Positions 22,170 to 34,641 of a DNA stretch of 61,335 nt are shown here, piece by piece (position 1 is the first letter of the stretch; the number at the start of each line of letters is the position of its first letter). The translations under genes and the position numbers were made by a program. The DNA is taken from assembly GCA_043727435.1 (NCBI GenBank), contig JAYSYR010000008.1:1-61335 (forward strand). The letters run 5' to 3'. This stretch comes from Deinococcus sp. GTDB taxonomy: Bacteria > Deinococcota > Deinococci > Deinococcales > Deinococcaceae. Under the pieces are notes generated by a model. The model saw only the letters and a program-made list of their open reading frames with translations, did not search any database and was not told the origin of the DNA.

Positions 22170-22526
22170 TTACTTGTTTCCGAAACCCTTCTCGACGTCG
22201 CTGACATACTGATCGGCCAGATCGGAGTCGGGACCGGCCACCACGATATAGGCCAGTTCTTTGTCAGACACGCAGCGGAACAGCACACTGTAGTCTTCCT
22301 GGTCGGCGAAGACCGACTCGCCCGAAACCTCGAAGTTCTCGGTGAACCCGGCCTTCTTGACGGCCAGCGTGGCCCGCTGGATGCAACGGGCCTTGCTCAT
22401 GGTCATGTCGATCCAGGTGTTGGACATGCCCACCCCGGACGCCAGCACACTCCCGAACAGAACCGTGCCGAGCAGCGCGGCCATCGTCAATTTTCCCCTC
22501 GTTGCCGTGATCTTCATGACCTTCAC
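22170..22526 (-). CDS. Small secreted hypothetical protein
   Basis: Signal peptide, two Cys, AGAGG RBS upstream. Confidence 0.65.
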   Translation of the reverse strand: MKVMKITATRGKLTMAALLGTVLFGSVLASGVGMSNTWIDMTMSKARCIQRATLAVKKAGFTENFEVSGESVFADQEDYSVLFRCVSDKELAYIVVAGPDSDLADQYVSDVEKGFGNK

Positions 22527-22662
22527 CTCTGCGCCAAGTGTAAAGTGTTTGTCTGCTCCGCGTCCCTCGTACCTGTCGCCCGGCCCGACCGCTCCAGCAC
22601 GCAGTTCGCCTGCTGCCGCCTGGTCCCCAGGATACGGCCCGCCATGCCGGCGGCGCTGGCCC

Positions 22663-23274
22663 TCAGTCTTCCAGCAGGTGGTGGACCCGGCAGCGGGCCT
22701 CGTAGGACTCGGCCGCGCCGACCATCACCACCGGGTCGCTGCGCCGGGCAGGTCGGCCACCGATCAGGCGCTGGGTGCGGGTGGCCGGCGCGCCGCAGAC
22801 CACGCAGATGGCCGTCAGCTTCTCGACGCTCTCGGCCCGCGACAGCAGTTCGGGCATGACACCGAACGGTTCGCCCCGGAAATCGAGGTCCAGGCCCGCC
22901 AGGATCACCCGCACGCCCTGGTCGGCCAGTTCGAGAGCCAGCGGCACGAGGCCCGCATCGAAGAACTGCGCCTCGTCGAAGGCCACCACGTCCGGCAGCG
23001 GCAAAGCCCCTGTATCGAGCAGCTCGCCGTGGCCCTGCAGCAGACCCCGCACCTGCGCCGTGCTGCTCACCGCCACCGCCGGGGTGGCGCGCCCGGCGTG
23101 GCTGGCGACGTGCGTCTCGTGGTAGCGGTCGTCAATGGCCGGTTTGAAGACCGCCACCGTCTGCCGGGCGATCACGGCGCGGTTGAGGCGGCGGATCAGT
23201 TCCTCGCTCTTGCCGCTGAACATTGGGCCGACGATCACTTCCAGGTGACCGCCGGAATAGGGAGATTTGAGCAT
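22663..23274 (-). CDS. tdk: Thymidine kinase
   Basis: [33 protein letters not shown]...YEARCR. Confidence 0.96.
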   Translation of the reverse strand: MLKSPYSGGHLEVIVGPMFSGKSEELIRRLNRAVIARQTVAVFKPAIDDRYHETHVASHAGRATPAVAVSSTAQVRGLLQGHGELLDTGALPLPDVVAFDEAQFFDAGLVPLALELADQGVRVILAGLDLDFRGEPFGVMPELLSRAESVEKLTAICVVCGAPATRTQRLIGGRPARRSDPVVMVGAAESYEARCRVHHLLED

Positions 23275-23336
23275 GACGCTGGCGAGAATATCAGCCGGGA
23301 CGGAACGGTGCGGCGACCCGCCCACATCCCCGGTAG

Positions 23337-23541
23337 GCCGGTCGCGCCGAGCCCGAGGACCCGGAGCAGAAATGCCTGCATTTACGCCACGTTTACGCTG
23401 CCGGAGATACCTTAACTGTGCCACTCTGGAGGGAGAACGGTAGCTTCAAGACCATCTGGGCCGCGCGCGCCTCGGATGCTGGTCTGCACCTGTGTTCGGA
23501 CATACCACTCTGGGGGAGTGGTCCCGGGCATTGCGGCCGGC
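23337..23541 (+). ncRNA. Candidate structured non-coding RNA, family unassigned
   Basis: Ends pair (GCCGGTCGC/GCGGCCGGC; GCCCG-A-GGACC/GGTCC-CGGGC); internal hairpins; no credible CDS. Confidence 0.35.
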
Positions 23542-23734
23542 TCCGCGTCATCAGCTTGAGCGTCATCGACTTCAGCGTCATTGACTTCAGCTCTGTCGCC
23601 GGGAAACCGGAGACGCCGGCAGACCGGCTCTGGAACACGACCGACCCATCTGGAAGGCAGCACCACACCGGCAATCAGCTGAACGATCGGTGGACCGACC
23701 TGGGGGGGCAGACCACCAGCAGGCCGTTCAGGAC

Positions 23735-23777
23735 AGAAGAGAGGACCACCCATGTTCCCTGAGTGGTCCTCTCTTCT
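23735..23777. terminator. 15-bp perfect hairpin, probable terminator downstream of rpmE (may be bidirectional)
   Basis: AGAAGAGAGGACCAC-N13-GTGGTCCTCTCTTCT. Confidence 0.6.
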
Positions 23778-23880
23778 TGCCGTGCCGATTCTGGCGGTGA
23801 CCCTCTCGAACACGGAAAGCCCCCGCCCTCGCTGGAGGACAGGGGCGGATGAGACACTGCTGTTTGCTTGTCTGCCGGCC

Positions 23881-24123
23881 TTATTTGTCGGCCGGCTTGT
23901 CGGCACCTGGTTTCTTGGTGCGGTAGCTGTCACCGAAGCGCTTGGTGAACTTGTCGATGCGGCCCTCGGTGTCCATGAAGCGGGTCTCGCCGGTCCAGAA
24001 AGGATGCACGCCGCTCCAGACGTCTACGTGGATCTCGGGCTTGGTGCTCATGGTCTCCATGACGACTTTGCCCTGGTAGAAAATCTTGGTCGGCACAACT
24101 TTGGGGTGGATGTCTTTCTTCAT
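23881..24123 (-). CDS. rpmE: 50S ribosomal protein L31, Cys-free type
   Basis: MKKDIHPK...VDVWSGVHPFWTG..RFMDTEGRIDKF; GGAGG RBS. Confidence 0.96.
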   Translation of the reverse strand: MKKDIHPKVVPTKIFYQGKVVMETMSTKPEIHVDVWSGVHPFWTGETRFMDTEGRIDKFTKRFGDSYRTKKPGADKPADK

Positions 24124-24270
24124 GGTGTCCTCCGCCGTCACGTCTGGCAGGCCGGTCCTGGCCGCTGCGGGTGCGTGACGGGCAACCCTAGAAGTGTAGC
24201 ACACGGCTGCCGGGGAGGGCCGCCTTTGCTGAAGGGACCTGGGCAATCCTGACAAGTCGAATCGGTTTGC

Positions 24271-24293
24271 TTATTGCGAATCATTCCTGATAA
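24271..24293. promoter_or_regulatory. Fur-family-like box overlapping the VIT1 promoter
   Basis: TTATTGCGAATCATTCCTGATAA, imperfect dyad running into -10 TAACTT (24291-24296). Confidence 0.55.
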
Positions 24294-24302
24294 CTTGCCC
24301 TC

Positions 24303-24839
24303 ATGACCTCGGCCACCCCAGACCCTCAGCGCAGCACTCCAGAGGTGCAGGCCCCCCCGCAAGACCAGAGTTTCATTCTTCAGAAGATCCAGCCGGCCCT
24401 GCTGGGCCTGATGGACGGCTCGGTGAGCACCCTGGCTCCGATCTTCGCCACCGCCGGCCTGACCGGCAAGCCGCTCGACGCCTTTTTCGTGGGCCTGGCC
24501 GCCAGCGTGGGCGCCGGCATCAGCATGGGACTGGCCGAGGCCCTGAGCGACGACGGCGTAGTGTCGGGGCGCGGCCACCCCACCACCCGGGGCATTATTA
24601 CCGGCATCGCGACCATTCTGGGCGGCATGCTGCACACCCTGCCGTTCCTGCTGCCCGACCTGCACGCGGCACTGATGCTGGCCTACGTGGTGGTGCTGGT
24701 CGAGCTGATCGCCATCGCGTTTATCAAGTACCGCTACATGCGCAGCCCGCTGGCCCAGACGGTGATGCAGGTGGTCGTCGGCGGCGGCGTGGTCTTCGGT
24801 GTGGGCGTGTGGCTGGGCCGCCTGGGCGCCGGGCACTGA
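24303..24839 (+). CDS. VIT1/CCC1-family iron/manganese transporter (MbfA membrane-domain-like)
   Basis: [37 protein letters not shown]; 5 TM. Confidence 0.88.
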   Translation: MTSATPDPQRSTPEVQAPPQDQSFILQKIQPALLGLMDGSVSTLAPIFATAGLTGKPLDAFFVGLAASVGAGISMGLAEALSDDGVVSGRGHPTTRGIITGIATILGGMLHTLPFLLPDLHAALMLAYVVVLVELIAIAFIKYRYMRSPLAQTVMQVVVGGGVVFGVGVWLGRLGAGH

Positions 24840-25158
24840 GACTCGGTGGGCACTGAGACTCGATAGACTGTGAGTCAACGGTCACTGAGGGCCCAACAGA
24901 CCGGGACAGATCGCCGTTCCTGCGTCAGACATGGGTCAACTTTTGCCGCTACACTCCTGGCGTTGGAGTCGTCCCTCTCCCTGCCCCCCCACTCGACCTG
25001 AGCCTTTATCCCCCACTTCAGCGCCGTCGCCTTCCCGCCCCTGCCGCAAGGTTCCGGGGCGGGAATTTCTGTGGCGCGCGGCCGCTGTCCTGGCCCTTGT
25101 TCGCCCACGACAGAAATACTGTTCGTTTTTCTTGTCACCGACACGCTATTCTGGCCAC

Positions 25159-27714
<2,556 letters not shown>

Positions 27715-27754
27715 TCGGTCTGGACTGCTGGGCGTTGGCTTCGTGCGTGAGCTT

Positions 27755-27900
27755 CTCCTCCGCCCCCAGTCCCTACCCCGGTGGGGGCAGGGGAGCGAAC
27801 AGAGCGTCAGGCGCTGCGCTGCTGGCAAGGTGGGTTGGAGTGAAGCTGTTGCAACGCTTGATGCTTGCCCGGCCGAGTCACGGAGCAACAAGCCCGCTTC
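27755..27900. repeat. Possible Deinococcus GC-rich palindromic intergenic repeat
   Basis: CCCCCAGTCCCTACCCCGGTGGGGGCAGGGGAG hairpin core; single copy in window; bounds approximate. Confidence 0.3.
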
Positions 27901-28022
27901 GTGAAGTTGGAAGAGCTGTCGGTTCGCTACCGTCACAGGTTCGCCAGGGCGCGGTCTCAACTCGCCGGAGGTTGTGCGGCGGTGACTGGCCGAGGGTAGA
28001 AGGCGCCTCCGGTGGTTAGTTT

Positions 28023-28631
28023 TTGTCGGATAGCAAACGCTTTGACGGCGTCTACTCGTTCACCCCTCCCTCCTTGCGGGGGATGTTGGGATGGGGTGAA
28101 CGAACCGAACGACCATTTCCATCAGCCGGTACAGCCAGAACTGTCTGGGCTCAGCGCGTGACCATTTCCGAAAACATCCTCTGGCAGGGCACCAGGGTTA
28201 CGCTGACCTGGGAGGCAGATGCCGCCCCGCCCGGTTTGCCGGTTCGTCAGGTCAGCGGCGTCTGCTTCACCGAGGCGGGTAAAATCGTGCTGGTATCGGA
28301 AGACGGGCGCGGCTGGACCCTTCCCGGCGGGCATCCGGAAGCGGACGAGACGCCCCATGAGACCCTGGCGCGCGAAGTGCTGGAGGAAGCCTGCGCCGAG
28401 GTGCTGGCCTGCACTTACCTCGGCTGGCAGCGGGTGGACGACCCCCGCGAGTCGCCGTATCTGCAACTTCGTTACGTGGCGCGGGTTCGGCCCCTCGACT
28501 TTCAGCCAGAATATGAAATGCGCCGGCGCACAACCGTCTCATCACAGGACTTCCTGAGCACCCTGAGCTGGGGCGAGAGCAGGATCGCGGCGGCACTGCT
28601 GCAGGCCGCACTGAAAACGCCCTCTTCATGA
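28023..28631 (+). CDS. NUDIX hydrolase (true start probably downstream of 28023)
   Basis: WTLPGGHPEADETPHETLAREVLEEA Nudix box; stop overlaps mutL ATG. Confidence 0.85.
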   Translation: MSDSKRFDGVYSFTPPSLRGMLGWGERTERPFPSAGTARTVWAQRVTISENILWQGTRVTLTWEADAAPPGLPVRQVSGVCFTEAGKIVLVSEDGRGWTLPGGHPEADETPHETLAREVLEEACAEVLACTYLGWQRVDDPRESPYLQLRYVARVRPLDFQPEYEMRRRTTVSSQDFLSTLSWGESRIAAALLQAALKTPSS

Positions 28632-30286
28632 CCCCTATTCGCATTCTCCCTCCCGACGTCGCCCGGCAGATCGCCGCTGGTGAGGTGGTGTCGCGCCCGC
28701 TCGACGCGGTGCGCGAGCTGCTCGACAACGCGCTGGACGCCCGCGCCAGCCGCATCGAGGTCGAGCTGCTGGGCGGCGGCCTGAAGCGGGTCACGGTGCG
28801 CGACAACGGGGCGGGCATTCCGGCCGAGCAGGTGGAGCTGGCCCCGCTGCGGCACGCCACCTCCAAGCTGGAACGTGTGGAGCGCGTGACCACCCTGGGC
28901 TTCCGGGGCGAGGCGCTGTGGGCGCTGGCGCAGGCCGGGCAACTGACACTCACCACCCGCCCGGCGGTGCAGCTGGGAGCAATCCAGCTCACGGCGCACG
29001 GCGACGCAGTGAGCGTGAGCCGGGTCAGTGCCGCCGCCGGGACCACCGTCACGGTCACCGACCTGTTCGCCCACCTGCCCGCCCGGCTCCGCACCCAGGC
29101 GACGCTGGCCGCCGAGGCGCGGGAAGTCACGGCGCTGCTCAGCCGCTACGTGCTGCACTGGCCGGGCCTGCACTGGCGGCTGAGCATCGACAACGAGACG
29201 CGGCTGCACCACGCCCCCGCCGACACGCGCGGCGCGGTGGCGAGCGTGTACGGCCCGCTCAGTTCCAACCGGGTGCTGAAACTCGGCGCCGACCTCGTGA
29301 GCGGCGTGCTCAGCCGACCCGAGCTGACCCGTCCCCGCCGCGACCGGATGCACTTCTCGGTCAACGGGCGGCCGGTGCTGGCAGGGCCGGAACTGGAAAA
29401 GGCAGTCATCGACGGCTACGCCGAGCTGCTGCCGGCAGGCCAGGCCCCACTGTGCGTGCTGGACCTCAAATTGCCCCCAGAAGACGTGAATCCGAACGTG
29501 CATCCGGCCAAGGCTCAGGTGGCCATCGCCGATCTGGCCCAGGTGGCCGAGCGGCTGAAGGCCGCGGTGGCGCAAGCGCTGGCCTCGCAGCCGCTGGCCG
29601 GGCAGGTGCCGGCACTGCGGGAACCGGCCGGGCCGCTGCAGACGCCCGCAAGCGTCACAGGAAGTTTCCCCGAACTTCGCCCGCTGGGAGTACACGCCGA
29701 GCTGTACCTGCTGGCAGAAGGAGGCGGCGACCTGTGGATCATCGACGTGCACGCAGCCCACGAGCGGGTGCTGTACGAGCGCCTGTCGAAGCTGCTGGAG
29801 CACGCCGAGCCGCTGGACCTGCCGACACCGGAACTGCTGCACCTGACGCCCGGCCAGCTCGCCCGCCTGGAGGAGCGCGGGGCCGAGCTGCGGGCCTGGG
29901 GGCTGGACATCGGGGCCTTCGGGGCCGGGCTGGCGCGGCTTCGGTCCCTGCCGGCCGCGTTTGCCGCGCTGAAGGTGCCCCGGCTGCACGAGCTGATCGT
30001 GGAAACCGTGCTGGGCGACCTGCCCGACCCACGCCGCGAGTTGTTGGGGCGGCTCGCCTGCGCGCCCGCACTCAAGGCCGGTCACGTCACCCCCGACCAC
30101 GGCGAGCGGGTGCTGGCATGGCTGTCAGCCTGCGAGCAGCCCTGGGCCTGCCCGCACGGCCGACCCACCGTGCTGCGACTGTCGGAGCGCGATCTGGCGC
30201 ACAGCTTCGGGCGGCGCGGCCCGCGTGAGGTGGCCCGGGGCCGCGACCTGAGCGACGCGAAGGTCGAAACGGGCGACCCGATCTGA
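28628..30286 (+). CDS. mutL: DNA mismatch repair endonuclease MutL
   Basis: QIAAGEVV, DNGAGI, TLGFRGEAL, DVHAAHERVLYE, CPHGRP. Confidence 0.97.
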   Translation: MTPIRILPPDVARQIAAGEVVSRPLDAVRELLDNALDARASRIEVELLGGGLKRVTVRDNGAGIPAEQVELAPLRHATSKLERVERVTTLGFRGEALWALAQAGQLTLTTRPAVQLGAIQLTAHGDAVSVSRVSAAAGTTVTVTDLFAHLPARLRTQATLAAEAREVTALLSRYVLHWPGLHWRLSIDNETRLHHAPADTRGAVASVYGPLSSNRVLKLGADLVSGVLSRPELTRPRRDRMHFSVNGRPVLAGPELEKAVIDGYAELLPAGQAPLCVLDLKLPPEDVNPNVHPAKAQVAIADLAQVAERLKAAVAQALASQPLAGQVPALREPAGPLQTPASVTGSFPELRPLGVHAELYLLAEGGGDLWIIDVHAAHERVLYERLSKLLEHAEPLDLPTPELLHLTPGQLARLEERGAELRAWGLDIGAFGAGLARLRSLPAAFAALKVPRLHELIVETVLGDLPDPRRELLGRLACAPALKAGHVTPDHGERVLAWLSACEQPWACPHGRPTVLRLSERDLAHSFGRRGPREVARGRDLSDAKVETGDPI

Positions 30287-30321
30287 CCGACCGCTGAACC
30301 TCCAGCCGTTATGCTTCGGGA

Positions 30322-31041
30322 ATGACCTCTGCCTCTCCCCAGCTCCCCGGCCCGCTGCTGCTGGGCCACCGGGGTTCGCCCCGCATTCACCGTGAAAACA
30401 CGCTGGCCAGTTTTCAGGCGGCAATGGACGCCGGGCTGGACGGGGTCGAACTCGACGTGCGCCGCCTGGCCGACGGAACGCTGGTCATCCACCACGACCT
30501 GAACCTGCAAGGCGGCCGCGCCCTGAACACATTGATTGCAGGTCAGCTGCCCGCCGAGGTGCCTACCCTGGACGCCCTGCTGGCCTGGGCCACCGACGCG
30601 GGGGCCTTCCTGAACGTCGAGATCAAGTTCGAGGGGGCGCTCTCCGACGACCGGGTGGCCGGAACGCTGCGGGCCATCCGGCGGCACGCGCTGGGCGAGC
30701 GCGTCATCGTCAGCAGCTTCAGCCCGCTGATCCTGAAGGCGGCCCGCGACCTGGCGCCCAGCATCGAACGCGGCTTTCTGTACCACCGCCCGTATCACAT
30801 AGGTGCTGGCGTCATAGGCGTGGACCTCGTGCCGGTGGTGGCGCGGCGGCTGAAGGTGGCCGCCCTGCATCCGCACCACAGCCTGATTGACGAGGCGCTG
30901 ATGCAGATGGCCAGAGCCGAGGGCTGGCGCGTCAACGCCTGGACCGTCAACGAAAGCGCCGACGTGGCCCGGCTGACCGCACTGGGCGTGGACGGTCTGA
31001 TCGGCGACCTGCCAGCGGTGCTGCTGAGTGCCAGGAGCTAG
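30322..31041 (+). CDS. Glycerophosphodiester phosphodiesterase
   Basis: GHRG, ENTLASF, VELDV, NVEIK, WTVN. Confidence 0.93.
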   Translation: MTSASPQLPGPLLLGHRGSPRIHRENTLASFQAAMDAGLDGVELDVRRLADGTLVIHHDLNLQGGRALNTLIAGQLPAEVPTLDALLAWATDAGAFLNVEIKFEGALSDDRVAGTLRAIRRHALGERVIVSSFSPLILKAARDLAPSIERGFLYHRPYHIGAGVIGVDLVPVVARRLKVAALHPHHSLIDEALMQMARAEGWRVNAWTVNESADVARLTALGVDGLIGDLPAVLLSARS

Positions 31042-31430
31042 TCCAGCGGGACGGTGCCGTGCTCGCCTTCGACCACTTCGAGGCGGTTGCCGAAAGGATC
31101 GTTCAGGAACACCCGGCGCAGCGGGGCCAGCTGAACGTCAGGTAGAAGCGTGATTCCGAAGGCGTCGGCCCGCTCGGTCAGCGTGTTCAGGTCGCCGCAG
31201 CGCAGGCAGGGGTGGCCCTTCCGGCGCGGAGCAAAGTCCGGCACCGTGCCGGTGTGAAGCTGCTGGCCGCCTGGCAGAGCGAACCAGACGCCGCCGTTGG
31301 CACGCAGCACTTCCGGCTTCTCCAGTTCCAGCAGACCCAAGAAGTCACCGTAGAACACCCTGGCGTCGGCCTCATGGCCGGGCGGGGCTTCGATCTGCAC
31401 GTGGTCCAGTCCGGAGATCAGGGTGGGCAT
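31038..31430 (-). CDS. VOC/glyoxalase family protein
   Basis: LDHVQI...ARVFYGDFLGL, GHPCL, DPFGNRLEV. Confidence 0.9.
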   Translation of the reverse strand: MPTLISGLDHVQIEAPPGHEADARVFYGDFLGLLELEKPEVLRANGGVWFALPGGQQLHTGTVPDFAPRRKGHPCLRCGDLNTLTERADAFGITLLPDVQLAPLRRVFLNDPFGNRLEVVEGEHGTVPLD

Positions 31431-31488
31431 ACGGTCAGTCTAGGTGCGCCCTGCCCTCGGTTCTCGTTCCCGGCCTGGGAACAGCTGT

Positions 31489-32265
31489 TCAGGCCTTGAC
31501 CTGTTCGGCCGCTGGGGCGACCTGCCGGGCGGCCAGTTCCACGTATCCCTCGATCAGGTGCACGATCACCGGGTTGTGGGTGTGCACGCCGTGCGGCTCG
31601 CGCAGGTGCGGCGGCTTGCTTTCGGTCAGCGGCAGTGCCTCGCTCAAGACACTGGCACCTGCACCACTGGCACTGACGACATTGGCACCCACGGAGTTGG
31701 CGCTCACGAAATGGGCGATCACGGCGGCCTCGCCGTCGCGGGCCAGCAGGAAGGCGCGTTCGCCCTCCATCGCCACGGCGGGCAGATCGGTCAGAGGAGT
31801 CATGGTGACCTGCACACCTCTGGGCGTCAGCTTTTCGAGCATGGCGGCCAGTTCCGGCTCGCCGGCCATAAACAGCGTTCGGCGGGCGTTGAGCGTCAGG
31901 TCCTCGCACATGCTGCGCAGGGCGGCCTCGCCGTACAGGTGATAGACCGCCTCCGGAGCAGGGTCGGGGGCCAGCCGCGAGAGGTCGCGGTCGAGCGCCC
32001 CCAGCCGGTCGTCGAAGGCGCGGCGCGAGCGGGCCAGATACTCGCGGGCCGAGAGCGGCGCGTATTCCAGCGGGCTCTGACCGACCTTGGCGGCCAGCCC
32101 GCGCCCTTCCAGGCGTTCGAGCGTCTCGTAGATCTTGGGCCTCGGGATGCCCGCCTGCCGCGCCACACGCGCCGGGACCGCCCGCCCCAGTGCCAGCAGG
32201 GCGGTGTAGGCCCGCGCCTCGTACTCGGTCAGGCCCAGCGCCTGCAGATGGATGACAGCACTCAT
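31489..32265 (-). CDS. TrmB-family transcriptional regulator
   Basis: LGLTEYEARAYTALL, AGIPRPKIYETLERLEGRGL. Confidence 0.9.
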   Translation of the reverse strand: MSAVIHLQALGLTEYEARAYTALLALGRAVPARVARQAGIPRPKIYETLERLEGRGLAAKVGQSPLEYAPLSAREYLARSRRAFDDRLGALDRDLSRLAPDPAPEAVYHLYGEAALRSMCEDLTLNARRTLFMAGEPELAAMLEKLTPRGVQVTMTPLTDLPAVAMEGERAFLLARDGEAAVIAHFVSANSVGANVVSASGAGASVLSEALPLTESKPPHLREPHGVHTHNPVIVHLIEGYVELAARQVAPAAEQVKA

Positions 32266-32374
32266 GAAGTTACAGAATACGGGAAAGCGGGCCCGAAGAT
32301 TGAAAGTGAAGGAAACAGACCCCTTCGCTGAAATCACTCAGCATTTCTGTAATCACTCAGCCGAAACGGTAGGA

Positions 32375-32623
32375 CCACAGGACAGCGTGGAGTGGCTGGG
32401 TGGAGGGGTCAGCGCTCGGAGTCGTCCCCACCGCTGGCTGGCCCTTCAATAGGACTCAAGCGGTCAGGAGACTGCGGAAAGGCTGTGCCCATGAGCATTC
32501 AACCGTGTCGATGGGGCGATAATCCAAGGGCTGAATGTCGTCAACACGCCCTCACCGTCTTCCCTGGAGCGAGCCACGTTCTCTCGAAATTGCCGTTCAG
32601 GACAACTCCACGCTGTCCTGTGG
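32375..32623. mobile_element. MITE-like non-coding element, 249 bp
   Basis: Perfect 19-bp terminal IR CCACAGGACAGCGTGGAGT (32375-32393; 32605-32623); no CDS inside. Confidence 0.6.
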
Positions 32624-32655
32624 CTCTGCCGCCGAAACCACCCAGCCAAAATTCA

Positions 32656-33186
32656 TCAGCCGCCACGCTTCAACAGCGGATAGGGATTTACGGCGCTCCA
32701 CATTGGCGTGTAGACCCCGTAGTGCAGATGCGCAGGCGTGCCGGCCGCGTTGCCGCTGTCGCCCACGTAACCGACCACCGTTCCTGCCAGGATCCAGTCG
32801 CCCACCTTCAGGGCCGGGTAGCGTTCCAAGTGCGCGTAATAGTGGTGGTACCCGCCCGGCCCGGTCACGGTCACCGTGCGCCCGCCCAGCCGGTCTGCTC
32901 CGATGCGGCCCACCACTCCGGGCGTGGTCGAGCGGACCTGGGTGCCCCTGGGCGCGAAGATGTCGACGCCCTCGTGCCTTCTGCCTTCGCTCCTGGCCCC
33001 ACCCCAGGTGTCGGCGTAGCGCACGCCCGGCAGGGGCGACGGCAGGCTGGAAGCGAGCGGCGGCGGCTGGCGCAACAACCCGGCGTAGCGCGTCGCCCGC
33101 TGCACGGAGGGCCACGCGACGTACACCAGCCCGGCCAGAAGTGCCAGGGCCAGCAGCCAGGACAGCAGGGAACGCAGAAGGCGCAT
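32656..33186 (-). CDS. M23 family metallopeptidase
   Basis: [27 protein letters not shown]; N-terminal TM. Confidence 0.92.
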   Translation of the reverse strand: MRLLRSLLSWLLALALLAGLVYVAWPSVQRATRYAGLLRQPPPLASSLPSPLPGVRYADTWGGARSEGRRHEGVDIFAPRGTQVRSTTPGVVGRIGADRLGGRTVTVTGPGGYHHYYAHLERYPALKVGDWILAGTVVGYVGDSGNAAGTPAHLHYGVYTPMWSAVNPYPLLKRGG

Positions 33187-33234
33187 ACATCCTTCAGTCA
33201 AGCGGATACAGATGAGAACTGTCCCTGGCCCGCG

Positions 33235-34560
33235 TCAGGGCTTCACGTCCAGCGGGTCGGAGGCCTGAACGGGGTGGAACTCCGGACCGTACCGTGGCTC
33301 CGGGCTGGCCGTGACCGCCCTTTCCACCAGCGGCCCGATGCTCAGGCCCTGCACCAGGATGGTGAACAGCACGATGATGTAGGTCACCGTGATGAGTGTC
33401 TCGCGGTAAGGGCTCTGCGGCAGCCCCAGCGCCAGACTGATGGCGATGGCTCCGCGCAGGCCGCCCCAGGTGAGCAGGCGCACCGTGTACCGGCCGTAGC
33501 CCTCGCGCCGCCGCAGCAGGCTGAGCGGCAGCCCCACGCTGATCAGTCGCGCGGCCAGCACCACCGCCACCAGCAGCAGGCCGGCCCCGACCTCCAGGGG
33601 GCTCGGGCGCAGCAGCAGCACGTCCAGGCCAACGAAGGTGAACAGCAGCAGATTGATGACCTGATCGATGGTGTGCCAGAAGCTGCGGATGTGCTCGACG
33701 CTCGACCCGCCGAAGACCCGCGATTTGACCTCCGAGAGACACAGGCCGGCCAACACCATGGCGACCGGGCCGCTCAGGCCCAGAGCGCTGGCCGCCGCGT
33801 AACCGCCCACCGCCAGCGCCAGCATGATGAGCGTCTCGACGCCCTCCTGCTCGATCTGCCGCAGGGCCAGTGCCCCCAGCCCGCCCAGCACCATGCCGAA
33901 CAGCGCTCCACCCAGCGCCTCACGGCCGAACAGCAGAACGGCCCCGCCCAGCCCGCTGTCGGCGTGCGCGCCCGGCACTCCTACACCTGGCACCGCCGCC
34001 ACCAGCCCCAGCAGCGTCAGGTAGAGCACCACCCCCACCCCGTCGTTGAACAGGCTTTCGCCGGCGATCAGGGCCTCGCTGCGGGCCGGCAGGGCGTACT
34101 GCTTGATCTTGTCGAGCACCGCCACCGGGTCGGTCGGGCTGATGAGCGCCCCGAACAGCAGCGCCCCGATGAGCGGCACCTCCAGGCCCAGCGCGTTCAG
34201 CAGGAAGTAGCTCGCCGCGCCGATCAGCGCCGTGCTGAGCAGCGTGCCGACCAGCGCCAGCGACAGAATGCTGCGCCACTGGGCCAGAATCTGGCGGGTG
34301 TCGAGGCCGAGTGCCCCGGCGAAGAGCAGCAGGCTCAGCACGCCGTTCAGCACGAAGGTGTTGAAATCGAGCCGGGTCAGCAGGCCGCCCAGCACCGCTG
34401 CCGGTGCCTTCAGGCCCAGCAGCGAGAGCAGCCCCAGCAGCAGCGCCAGCAGCATGCCGCCCAGCGACACCCCGACGGTGGCGGGCAGCCGCACGAACCG
34501 TTCGTTGACAAAGGCCAGCAGCGCCGTCAGGCACAGCAGCACCGCGAAGGCGTCTAACAC
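33235..34560 (-). CDS. Cation:proton antiporter (CPA1/NhaP)
   Basis: LISPTDPVAV, IAGESLFNDG, WGGLRGAIAI; GTG start inferred. Confidence 0.92.
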   Translation of the reverse strand: MLDAFAVLLCLTALLAFVNERFVRLPATVGVSLGGMLLALLLGLLSLLGLKAPAAVLGGLLTRLDFNTFVLNGVLSLLLFAGALGLDTRQILAQWRSILSLALVGTLLSTALIGAASYFLLNALGLEVPLIGALLFGALISPTDPVAVLDKIKQYALPARSEALIAGESLFNDGVGVVLYLTLLGLVAAVPGVGVPGAHADSGLGGAVLLFGREALGGALFGMVLGGLGALALRQIEQEGVETLIMLALAVGGYAAASALGLSGPVAMVLAGLCLSEVKSRVFGGSSVEHIRSFWHTIDQVINLLLFTFVGLDVLLLRPSPLEVGAGLLLVAVVLAARLISVGLPLSLLRRREGYGRYTVRLLTWGGLRGAIAISLALGLPQSPYRETLITVTYIIVLFTILVQGLSIGPLVERAVTASPEPRYGPEFHPVQASDPLDVKP

Positions 34561-34641
34561 CGGTCCAGGGTAAAGCAAACGCGGCGGGGCAATTCCGGCT
34601 TGCATCCGGGGCCGGGGCCGCGTGCCCCGTACAATGCGGGC

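Noticed and set aside
23545-23591. Short direct repeats as a possible CRISPR array (also 24831 and 43260)
   Set aside because: Units are 14-17 nt, directly adjacent, with no spacers and no cas genes
23393-23933. ORFs in the tdk-rpmE gap
   Set aside because: No motifs, no clear RBS, and they cross hairpins and tandem repeats; treated as non-coding
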